Source: a virus (Duplodnaviria; Caudoviricetes). Taken from it: 55,818 nucleotides of DNA. Each line of letters starts with the position of its first letter. Positions within the stretch are counted from its first letter, which is position 1. Of this stretch, positions 9,383 through 18,200 are shown piece after piece. The notes under the pieces were generated by a model, which was not told where the DNA came from, made no database searches, and worked only from the letters and a program-made list of their open reading frames with translations. The stretch spans positions 1 through 55,818 of the IMG/VR virus record IMGVR_UViG_3300028822_000225. One strand, 5' to 3'. Made by a program: the position numbers and the translations under genes.

Positions 9383-9634
9383 ATGGGAGAGATAATTTTT
9401 GAGGAAAAAAGAACTTATTTAGATACTAAAACCTGTAGAAAATTAATCTTAGACTTCTTGAAATCAAATATGGAATGGAATAATACTAAACAAGTAGCTA
9501 ATAGCATTAAAGTAAATTATGTTACTGTGAAAAATCATTTGGAACACATGAGAGATTCTAACCAAGTAGAGAAGATGAATGTTCCTTATGGAAATAGGCA
9601 GATGACTTTATGGAAGGCAAAATTAAAGAAATAA
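9383..9634 (+). CDS. Winged-helix DNA-binding protein
   Basis: ILDFL...NTKQVANSIKVNYVTVKNHL..M....V plus a wing ending in LW. Confidence 0.8.
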   Translation: MGEIIFEEKRTYLDTKTCRKLILDFLKSNMEWNNTKQVANSIKVNYVTVKNHLEHMRDSNQVEKMNVPYGNRQMTLWKAKLKK

Positions 9635-9703
9635 AACATAATAGAGATAGAGAAATTCTTTAAAAGTAAAGAAAATAAAAATGTACAAATATAAATTAGA
9701 AAA

Positions 9704-9979
9704 ATGAAAACAATTAAAGATGTTAGTAGGATAGTACTAAACCATGATTTATATGATGCAGTAGATAATTATGAAATTAAAAGAATTGTTGTAGAAAATA
9801 TGAAACAAATCCTAAAGAATAACCCTGAAGTTGATATTGAACAAATAAAAGTAGTGGGTATTACAGAATCAGGTAAACTTCAATTTAAGGTTCCAGAGAC
9901 ATTTAAAAATAGGCAAGTAATTATTCTATTAGCTTATTTGAAATGGTTTTTTGATTTAAATGATGAGGATTTGAAATGA
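9704..9979 (+). CDS. Divergent member of the KTLKD paralogue family
   Basis: MKTIKDV...LKWFFDLNDEDLK. Confidence 0.65.
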   Translation: MKTIKDVSRIVLNHDLYDAVDNYEIKRIVVENMKQILKNNPEVDIEQIKVVGITESGKLQFKVPETFKNRQVIILLAYLKWFFDLNDEDLK

Positions 9980-10536
9980 GTGAAAAAGTTAACCCTAGAG
10001 TTGGAAAAGATGCCAGGAATGTAAAAAGTACTAAAGAGAGGAAGAAAGTAATCCAATTAAGGAGTAAGGGAAAAACATGGGATGAGATTGCCAAACAAGT
10101 TGGTATAAATATTATGACTGCTAAAAAATATTATAATGAGGAGATGGGGATGAGTGTAACAATGAGTAAACCACATGGAAATTATTTTCAAAAACACCTT
10201 GAATATATGGAGGAAAGATATAGTGGGGTTGTTGAAACAACTGACCGTTTACACAATATGGCTAAAAAAGCAATAGATACTATAGAAGAACAAGATATTG
10301 ATGATGTTAGGACTTATGTTAAATTTATGAAAACAGCTCCTGTTATACTTCAAATTATTAGGGAAATACGTGAACAAATAGAGGGTCTTCGTAAGGAAAA
10401 TGGAGAAATTACTATGGAAATGAAAAAACGTATGCCAACACTTTCTGACTTCAACAAACAATTAAATGAGGCTATTATTACTTTACAAGAACAAGGATAT
10501 ATAGTAATAAAGAAACCACTCAATATAGATAAGTGA
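9976..10536 (+). CDS. HTH plus coiled-coil protein, candidate terminase small subunit
   Basis: VIQLRSKGKTWDEIAKQVGINIMTAKKY HTH followed by helices. The TerS role is an inference. Confidence 0.5.
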   Translation: MSEKVNPRVGKDARNVKSTKERKKVIQLRSKGKTWDEIAKQVGINIMTAKKYYNEEMGMSVTMSKPHGNYFQKHLEYMEERYSGVVETTDRLHNMAKKAIDTIEEQDIDDVRTYVKFMKTAPVILQIIREIREQIEGLRKENGEITMEMKKRMPTLSDFNKQLNEAIITLQEQGYIVIKKPLNIDK

Positions 10537-10552
10537 AAGGAGGAGAATTAAA

Positions 10553-10969
10553 ATGGATGCAAATAAAAAAGTGTATGAATTAAGTGAAGAAGAAATTACT
10601 CAAAAGAGACTTCAATTAGAGAGGAAAGAATTAGAAGTTGAAAAAAAAGAAATTGAATTAGAAAAATTGAATTTGCTGCTTGAAAAAAAACTTCCTGAAA
10701 TCGCTTCAAAAGAATCTCTTGAAACATTAGAAGAAGAAGTATCTAGTGGAAAGACTTATGAGAATGGTATTTATCGTGAATTAAAACCTTCAGAAATTGA
10801 AGAAAAGAAATTAGATATAGAAATGCAAAAGAAGTTTATAGAACAAAAACTATCAACCCGTTCTCTTAGAAATAATATTGGTATTTTGAGAAGCGAGATA
10901 GACCAAGCAAAGAGAAATCAAATAAACCCTCTTAAAAAACAATTAAGGGAAGGAGTTATAAAACAATGA
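10553..10969 (+). CDS. Coiled-coil protein
   Basis: Strong AGGAGG upstream. E/K-rich heptads. Confidence 0.7.
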   Translation: MDANKKVYELSEEEITQKRLQLERKELEVEKKEIELEKLNLLLEKKLPEIASKESLETLEEEVSSGKTYENGIYRELKPSEIEEKKLDIEMQKKFIEQKLSTRSLRNNIGILRSEIDQAKRNQINPLKKQLREGVIKQ

Positions 10970-11241
10970 GCAATCTAGATATATTATCTGTAACAGAGAG
11001 ACAAATCCTTTTATCTGTTAATAAAAAAAAAGTGAATCATGCATATAATATATGCAGAGGTATTTGTAGCTATGTCCATGGTCTTAACACATTAGATAGA
11101 TTAGAAGTAAAAGGTCTTATTGAAATAAATAAAACCAAAAGAGAAAAAAAGATTACCTTAACAAATAAAGGGAAAGAAGTTATATTATGTTTATTAAACC
11201 TAAAGAAAATAGCAGATGAAGATAATACCGTTCAGAACTAG
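10966..11241 (+). CDS. MarR-like winged-helix protein (archaeal type)
   Basis: LDRLEVKGLIE...REKKITLTNKGKEV. Confidence 0.8.
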   Translation: MSNLDILSVTERQILLSVNKKKVNHAYNICRGICSYVHGLNTLDRLEVKGLIEINKTKREKKITLTNKGKEVILCLLNLKKIADEDNTVQN

Positions 11242-11473
11242 ACTAGATAATAGGTGGAATAGAATTTATGAATTCAATTTCAAACCAAGCAATCCAAAAC
11301 ATGAAATCCATATAACTGAAATTAAAATTGATGAAATAAACGATGAACTTGTTTATACAGATTGTACCTGCAATGATACAATCTATAATAAAAATCCTTT
11401 ATGTAAGCATAAGAAAGAAGCTCTTAGGATATTAAAAGAATTTAAAATTTACCCTTTTGAAGATGAAAAATGA
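11216..11473 (+). CDS. SWIM zinc-finger protein
   Basis: CTC-x9-CKH. Confidence 0.75.
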   Translation: MKIIPFRTRLDNRWNRIYEFNFKPSNPKHEIHITEIKIDEINDELVYTDCTCNDTIYNKNPLCKHKKEALRILKEFKIYPFEDEK

Positions 11474-11844
11474 ACTCGCAACAAAAGAAATTTGCTGAAT
11501 ATAGAATATTACAATCATTGAAATTTCCTCGTAGGAACTCAGGGGAAGTTAAATGTTGGAAAGGAACTAGTTTTGAACACTTTAGAGCAATGTCAGAGAT
11601 TGTTTGGTATCTAGTAAATCAGGGTTATGATGTCCGTACTGAATGTGAATTCACTAAAGGAGGGAGATGTGATATTTTGGCTATCTCAAATGGACAAGCA
11701 TGGATTATTGAGGTATTAAAAAGTGAAACTAAAGAGATGTTCTTAAATAAATTAAACTATTATCCCGACGACATTTCAGATATAATCCCTATTCGTGTAG
11801 AAGATTGGAATATGAATTATGCTGAAGAATTGCTTGGATTGTAA
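11470..11844 (+). CDS. PD-(D/E)XK nuclease-like protein
   Basis: H, TE, GRCDI and IIEV..SE motifs. Confidence 0.7.
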   Translation: MNSQQKKFAEYRILQSLKFPRRNSGEVKCWKGTSFEHFRAMSEIVWYLVNQGYDVRTECEFTKGGRCDILAISNGQAWIIEVLKSETKEMFLNKLNYYPDDISDIIPIRVEDWNMNYAEELLGL

Positions 11845-11963
11845 TATATGTTATAAAACACCCTATATTTAAAATGACTATAGAAAACCTTATAAATAAC
11901 TTTATACTGATATATTTATGATTTCACCTCAAATTAAAATAGATGTAAGGGGGTATAGATAGA

Positions 11964-12560
11964 ATGGAAGACAAATGGTTAGTAACTCTCTTTGTTGTGG
12001 CTGGTTTACTTGTTGGTACTTTAATAGGTGCTACAGGATTCTCTCAAACAGAAATTGTAGAGAAAGAAGTTCCGGTTATACAGGAGAAGTTAGTAGAGAA
12101 AGAATGTCCTTCTTGTCCGGAAGTTACTTGTCCAGAGGTAGAAATGCCTGAAGTTGAGAATGCTGATAATGAGCTTCTTAATGAATTCTTAGAAGATGAG
12201 TTTAGTGATGAATATGGTGCTATAGAATCCAATGCAACAATGTATGCAATGGAAGAACTTGAAGATGATGACTATGAAGTAGTCTTAGAATATCTAGAGT
12301 CAATTGTTGATGGTGCTATAGACGAAGATTCTATTGAAGTAGATGAGGAATCTATGGAAATAGATGTGGAAGTTACAAAACTAGGACTTGGAGAAGATGA
12401 GGACAAGAAAGCAATTGTCACTTTCGAACTTGAAGTTGAATACGAACTCGAAGAGGGAGTAAGAGACGAATATGAGAGAGACCTTGTAGTTGAATATGAG
12501 GTATTTTTCGAAGAAGGTGATTTTGATGACGAAGAAGTTACACTTCTTAACATTGCTTAA
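11964..12560 (+). CDS. Very acidic membrane-anchored or exported protein
   Basis: N-terminal TM segment, CP-repeat stalk (CPSCPEVTCPE) and D/E-rich body. Confidence 0.75.
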   Translation: MEDKWLVTLFVVAGLLVGTLIGATGFSQTEIVEKEVPVIQEKLVEKECPSCPEVTCPEVEMPEVENADNELLNEFLEDEFSDEYGAIESNATMYAMEELEDDDYEVVLEYLESIVDGAIDEDSIEVDEESMEIDVEVTKLGLGEDEDKKAIVTFELEVEYELEEGVRDEYERDLVVEYEVFFEEGDFDDEEVTLLNIA

Positions 12561-12569
12561 TTGTTAAAA

Positions 12570-12601
12570 TTATTTTTTATTTTTTTATTTTTTTATTTCT
12601 T
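12570..12601 (+). terminator. Oligo-T tract, probable archaeal-type terminator
   Basis: T-runs interrupted by single A, directly after the 12560 stop. Confidence 0.45.
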
Positions 12602-12672
12602 GGGCAGATGGTGAAATGTTATCACGCTTCTTTTGCAAGGAAGAGTTCGGGGTTCAATTCCCCGTCAGTCCA
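12602..12672 (+). tRNA. tRNA-Ala(UGC)
   Basis: Cloverleaf with acceptor GGGCAGA/TCAGTCC (G3:U70, one A-A mismatch), anticodon arm CTTCT-TTTGCAA-GGAAG and T-arm CGGGG-TTCAATT-CCCCG. No encoded CCA. Confidence 0.9.
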
Positions 12673-12675
12673 TAA

Positions 12676-12746
12676 GCCTCAATAGTTTAGTGGAAAAATA
12701 CCTAACTGTCTATCAGGAGTCCTGAGTTCGATTCTCAGTTGAGGCG
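12676..12746 (+). tRNA. tRNA-Asp(GUC)
   Basis: Acceptor GCCTCAA/TTGAGGC with discriminator G, anticodon loop CTGTCTA and T-arm CTGAG-TTCGATT-CTCAG. No encoded CCA. Confidence 0.85.
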
Positions 12747-12873
12747 TAGAACTTTTTGTAATTTTATAGTTAATAGAAATGTTTATATATTTCAAGATAT
12801 TTATTATAATACCTCTTTTTACTTGGGGGAGGGTATAGTTCCCACTAGAGGAATTATAATCTCTCTCAAGTTT

Positions 12874-13020
12874 TTATTGATGAGATTTTTTCCATTGCTG
12901 TACAGCAATAGCATACCTTTGAGAACTATCTTGGAATTCTTTTATCATCGCTTGATTTGCCATAAACCTTGCTAAGAAAGAATCCCTATCCTCATTTGGT
13001 TTTGGTTTCAATAAAGGCAT
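12874..13020 (-). CDS. Small 48-aa phage protein not in the ORF track
   Basis: MPLLKPKPNEDRDSFLARFMANQAMIKEFQDSSQRYAIAVQQWKKSHQ resembles the recurrent phage MP.PKP..E....FI.R.M...QR.A....W module. Confidence 0.7.
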   Translation of the reverse strand: MPLLKPKPNEDRDSFLARFMANQAMIKEFQDSSQRYAIAVQQWKKSHQ

Positions 13021-13064
13021 TTTATTTCTTCTTTAAAGAATTCTAACTTTTTAAAACTCCCTAT

Positions 13065-13283
13065 TTAATTAAAAATCTTTAAATCTCTTATACCAAATAG
13101 ACCTAGAATAACAGCTAATTCTGTTGCCAGAGTCTGTAATCCTGAAAGTCCACTAATATTCCCATTAAGAATTCCTGCAATAGTTCCTAATACTGCAGAA
13201 AGACCTCCTAGGAAAGCTGCAACCTTGGTCTTACTTACTTTTCCTTCCTTATTTAGAAAAGGGTTTTCCATTTTTTCCTCCAT
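13065..13283 (-). CDS. Small 2-TM protein, holin-like
   Basis: SKTK followed by two hydrophobic helices and a GIRD tail. It lies at the end of the late operon. Confidence 0.6.
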   Translation of the reverse strand: MEEKMENPFLNKEGKVSKTKVAAFLGGLSAVLGTIAGILNGNISGLSGLQTLATELAVILGLFGIRDLKIFN

Positions 13284-13503
13284 TAGATTTAATTGGTTCT
13301 AAAAATTTATCTTTAATACTTTTAGGCTTTTTATCTTCTAAAAAAGATTCAATCTTTCTTATTCGATTATCCATCTGTGTAAGCATCTCTAGCACTTTCG
13401 ATAATTCTCCACGACTATTTAATAGCAACCCAACTTCCTCCAACTCACAGTTTATTCTTTCAATTTCAGATTTAATTTCCAATATTTCGTATTCTATACG
13501 CAT
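13249..13503 (-). CDS. Coiled-coil hypothetical protein
   Basis: ORF on the late strand. Confidence 0.55.
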   Translation of the reverse strand: MRIEYEILEIKSEIERINCELEEVGLLLNSRGELSKVLEMLTQMDNRIRKIESFLEDKKPKSIKDKFLEPIKSNGGKNGKPFSK

Positions 13504-13533
13504 TTTATATAATGTTTTATTTCCTTTTAAATT

Positions 13534-13785
13534 TTATTGAAGTATAATTTTTTTTAATTTTTTCTTAGCATATTGGATTCTTGTCTCTTCCTCAGACCAT
13601 TTTTTGTTAGATAAAAGAATACCTCCAACTAAAAACAATATCCCTATCCACTCATGCCCAAAAAAATCTCCTAAAGAGATATATCCATAAGAATAAATAT
13701 GTTCGATAATTAAAAAACATCCAACCCCAATGAGACTAATACTTGTTAATTTTTTAAATTCTTTTTTTATATATTCCATTTTCAT
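13534..13785 (-). CDS. 2-TM membrane protein
   Basis: Two hydrophobic stretches. ATG overlaps the upstream stop. Confidence 0.65.
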   Translation of the reverse strand: MKMEYIKKEFKKLTSISLIGVGCFLIIEHIYSYGYISLGDFFGHEWIGILFLVGGILLSNKKWSEEETRIQYAKKKLKKIILQ

Positions 13786-15281
13786 TTATATAAAAGGCCG
13801 ATTGTTTTTACCTGAGCATCTTCTGACCTTAATTCAACCTTAATCTTTAAATCTTTCCCTGTAGTTATCTCCCTACTCCCAGTAAAACTTGTCGGTATAT
13901 AATTAGTTCCTCCATTAAGACTTACATAAACTTCTACATTAGATAAATCCTCCCCCTCAACACGAGGTTCAATATTAGAAACATTTTTATCTAAAATGTA
14001 TAATTCACTTATCCAATTTCCTGAGGAAACCCCATCGGTCTTTAATAATCCCTTATTTGTATCTATTAATGTGTTGGAATGTTCTCCTGTATCATTTTCA
14101 AAATTAAAAATTATTGATTCTTCCATCTCATTAGGGTTATCATTTTCAGATATTTCTGTTTCAAATTTTATTCTACTCTTTAAAATATGGGGTATAGACA
14201 ATTTTTCTTTCTGTATTTCTATATCTGTTTTTGGGGGTTCATCATTACTAAAATTATGTGTAAAGGTATGAACCAAATATTCCCCAGGGGTTAAACCATT
14301 TAAAGGGTCAGATATTCTAACTTTCTCTCCAGGAGCTATTGTTGGGAGCATGAGGCTTGTTACTGTCCCAATTGTTGGAGGGTCTTTTTGTCTTGCTAAT
14401 TCATAATCTGCCCTATCCTTAACCTGTTGTCTTGTAATTATATTTGAATCATTTATTTTAAGTTCCTTAATATCTCCATCTAAATCTGCCTGAGAATTTG
14501 TATCCTCTGCAGTAGCAATAAGAGGAATTCCACCAAATCTTGCTCCATATACCCTTATACGGTTATAAACTCTCTCCAAGTCTTGTGAAAATTCTCCTGT
14601 ATTAATTAGATTATATTCGTGAACAATGGCTTCTGTTGTATTTAATCTAGAATTCCTAGGGAAATAATGAAAATCAAAATCTGCATCTATATATGCATCG
14701 TAATCGGATGTTTTACAAAGTTCTTCTACAACTTCCCAAAAAGGCCTTTCAAAATAATTCACTGTGGATTTGCCTGAATCTGTTTCTATATTATTTGTAG
14801 TTATAACCCCTGAAAAATATTTATTTATTATTTCTGAAAGTATTGTACTCCTAGATTTTTCTGTTGCAGAGTAAGTTATATTTTTCCCTGTTACTCTTGC
14901 TGCAGAACCTCTCCCATAAATAACAATATTGCTTTCTGTTTTAGGTATTTTTTCAATCATCCCAGTAAATCTAAGAGTTGTGGCGGTAGCCCCATAGTCT
15001 AAATATATTTTAACCTTATCATAGAGAGAAAATTTATTACTATATTCTTGTGTGGAATTGTCTATTTTTATTTCAAAAGAACCAATTGTTTCGGTTATAC
15101 CATCTTTATAAGAACCCTCTAAAACAAAATCTGTTACATCATAATTACCAAGACTAGTTTCTATTTCAATTTTATAGATTGGACTAAAAGAAGGAGGAAT
15201 CCAGGTATATATGGGTATTGGTTTCGTTGCTCCTATTGAAGTTATATTTCTTACAGCCATTATATCAAATCCTCCGAACAA
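13782..15281 (-). CDS. Tail hub / baseplate protein (Tal or gpD-like)
   Basis: GSFEIKIDN, KIYLDYG..LRFTGMIE, LHYFP-like and YNRIRVYG motifs. Located downstream of the TMP and Dit genes. The start is probably 15260. Confidence 0.7.
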   Translation of the reverse strand: MFGGFDIMAVRNITSIGATKPIPIYTWIPPSFSPIYKIEIETSLGNYDVTDFVLEGSYKDGITETIGSFEIKIDNSTQEYSNKFSLYDKVKIYLDYGATATTLRFTGMIEKIPKTESNIVIYGRGSAARVTGKNITYSATEKSRSTILSEIINKYFSGVITTNNIETDSGKSTVNYFERPFWEVVEELCKTSDYDAYIDADFDFHYFPRNSRLNTTEAIVHEYNLINTGEFSQDLERVYNRIRVYGARFGGIPLIATAEDTNSQADLDGDIKELKINDSNIITRQQVKDRADYELARQKDPPTIGTVTSLMLPTIAPGEKVRISDPLNGLTPGEYLVHTFTHNFSNDEPPKTDIEIQKEKLSIPHILKSRIKFETEISENDNPNEMEESIIFNFENDTGEHSNTLIDTNKGLLKTDGVSSGNWISELYILDKNVSNIEPRVEGEDLSNVEVYVSLNGGTNYIPTSFTGSREITTGKDLKIKVELRSEDAQVKTIGLLYK

Positions 15282-18200
15282 TAAGTATTATTAGCACATT
15301 GTCTAAAATAAAGATTTGGATTGAATAATCTCCAATTATTATAACTACAATCATAATCTGCCCACATCCAAATATTAGTGGTGTTTAAATATTCTTTGTT
15401 AGAAACTATCTCCTCCCATGATTCATTTAATTGGTATCCATCACTTTTTGAATTTGTAGTACTGATAGTTAAATTTACACAATTAGAGGTGTTTTCTAAA
15501 TAAACACTAAGATTGGAATCTTTCCCTCCATATCCATAATTTGTTATATTTATTATTGGATTAATATCACTCTGTCCATAAGGGGTAACATTATTTTTGC
15601 TAGGAGAATCAGGAACAAATTCTAAAAAATCCACTAAATTAGGAACAAAAGAATAATCCCATCTAGAGTAATAAAAAGTAACATATCTAGTCAAATTAAG
15701 GGAGTTATCATTATTTTGTGCTGTTACTTTTATAGTCTCATTTCCTCCTGCATAATTATAATTTAAATTAGTTATATTAACCGACCCCTCCTGGCTTCTA
15801 AGAGGAATAGTAAAATTAGTAATTCCTTCCCCATAATTATTCAAATAATCTTGAATAAAGGTTGTATTAATAAAAACAGGGTTTGGGTCATAGGTTATAT
15901 TAATCCAATTTATATCTAATTCCCCTGGGGTATCTGTACCTATTTCTAAAGGTATCTTATAAAGATGGGAATATATTTGTGAATCTTCTACAAAAGAAGA
16001 AGATAAATCTGAATTTGTTAAATTAATTATTTTGCTTCCGTTTGATTTTGAAAAAATTCCCGAAATATTATAATCTGATATTCCATCATTACCAAAATCA
16101 AATGTCAAATTAGAAAGATTATTTTTTTCTAATTGGATAGATATTTTTGATATTTCAATAGAATTTGTTTTATCTTTTGGTTCAGAAATATTGAAATCTA
16201 ATCTCCACCTAAGATTTTTACCTGGATTGGAAAAAGAGTGGGCAGAATTTAAGGATACTCCCTCCCAATTTTGACCATCGTCAGCACTCAGGTATGGAGA
16301 AAGTGTTTCATTTTCCGGAAAGAAACCACTTAGAGTAATATTATCTATATTTTGTATATTAGAATTTGGGTTATAAATAGAATTAGAAATTACTGAACTA
16401 TTTTCTCTTTCTGAAAGAGTCCTATTAATATAATCTACTAATAAAGTATTATCTACATAAGGGTCATCTGAACCTTTTGTTATTGATATATAGAAATTTA
16501 AAAAATTAACAATAGAGGCAGAAACATAAGTTACATTATTGTCGTAAACAATTTCTTTAGAATATCCATCAGTATTGCTAGAATTTTCCGTACCATCTAT
16601 TGTAACCTTAAAATGAGAAGTATTAAATTGTTCTATATGGAAAAAAAGTTTGGCTGAAGCCTCACTAGACCCACTAGGTAAATCAGAAGGAGGGATATTC
16701 ATCTCCCATATCTTTTCCCCTCCAAACTGAATAAAATTATCCCCCCCAACTCCAAAATCATTCGACATACTACCAAAAAAATCGACTTCTAAGGGAAAAT
16801 AAATGTCTTCAGATTGAACCCCTGAGATATTATAGGTATAAACAGGGAGGGTAGCACTCGCCAAATCGTCCCCATTATCACTAAAAATTCTTGATTTTAA
16901 ATTCCCTCCTGTTTCTGAAGTACAAACAATTTCTGATGAAGAGGAAACCGGACAAGAATATGTCCATAAACTAGAATTAATAGCTCCATCATTAAAATCA
17001 TCAAAAGTATAATTCTTTTTATTGGATTTTTTTGGTAGGATTTTTCCAATAAGAGCTAGGTGGGCATCAGTTTGAGACTCATCTATATCACTATAATTGG
17101 AAAAAGAGTTAGTATAATTAAAACCAAATTTTTCTGAAGAAATATTAAGAGAAATATTTTTTATATTAGCATTATCATCTAAATAAAAATATATTAATGA
17201 ATCCCCTTTTGAAGAAAAACCAATTGTCTTATTAGTTTCTCCAGTAGTAGTTTTATTGAGATAAATATTTTTATTCCTTAATACTCCTTCATAAATTCTG
17301 TCTCTTGTAGTTGTATTACAACCATAAAATAAAACATTTTTTGCATCACCAGACATATTAAAACTTAAATTAACAACTTCATCATACCTATGAGATGTAA
17401 TGGAAAGATTTTCATCATCAACATGTATCCCTCCAAAAACAAAATTCTTATAAGAACTTCCGTCAGAAAATAACTTTTTGTTAAAATAATTGATTGTTAA
17501 ATTAATTAAATTATCCCAAAAAGAACAAGTATAATTTTTCCCATAATCTGGATGGTCTATACTAAAACAAATATTGTCAAGAGTATTTGTTCCGTTTAAT
17601 TCAATATCAGTACCCAATTCTGCAGAGACATTATCATACTCTCTCTGAATGGAAAAATTTATAATCTCTTCACCATATTTTCTAACTCCCGCATTTTCCT
17701 TATTCCCTGCCTTATCAATAATAGATACATTCCAATAATACATTGTTCCTCCTGAAAGGCCTGTCCAATTAATTGTTCTTTTTCCATCACTAGAACTTGT
17801 TGAATTAACAATTCCTTCTCTAGTATATAAATTAAAAACTATTTCATCTTCTTTTGTTTCAGTTATACTAACATTTACAAATATCCAATCTTTATTATTA
17901 AAATTTGCAGAAGTATTGGAATCATCACTATTTGGGGTGTAAGAAATAATAGGGGATATACTGTCTATATAAGTTATCCTACTTTCTGAAGAATTGTTTC
18001 TCCCAGACAAATCAAACACTGTAAAATTAAATGTATAATTTCCATTAGGGACATCATAAAAAATTATTGAATTGTTATCATTTTCTGTTTTCATATTGTA
18101 AGAGGTAATATTATATTCTCCTGTTTCATTATAAAGACGAAAAGTTATATTTTTTGTATTATTTTCATTAACAATTGCATCTATTGTTATATTTGGAGTC

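Noticed and set aside
12700-12720. Second tRNA read as a CUA amber suppressor
   Set aside because: The stem CCTAA/TCAGG centres the loop on GTC, and the discriminator G fits Asp. The ORFs give no sign of stop-codon recoding.
12602-12746. tRNAs as an attP site of a temperate virus
   Set aside because: No integrase is recognisable and there is no host-flank sequence, so this cannot be supported.
12739-12975. Plus-strand 78-aa ORF
   Set aside because: It starts inside the tRNA and overlaps a more convincing minus-strand 48-aa gene.
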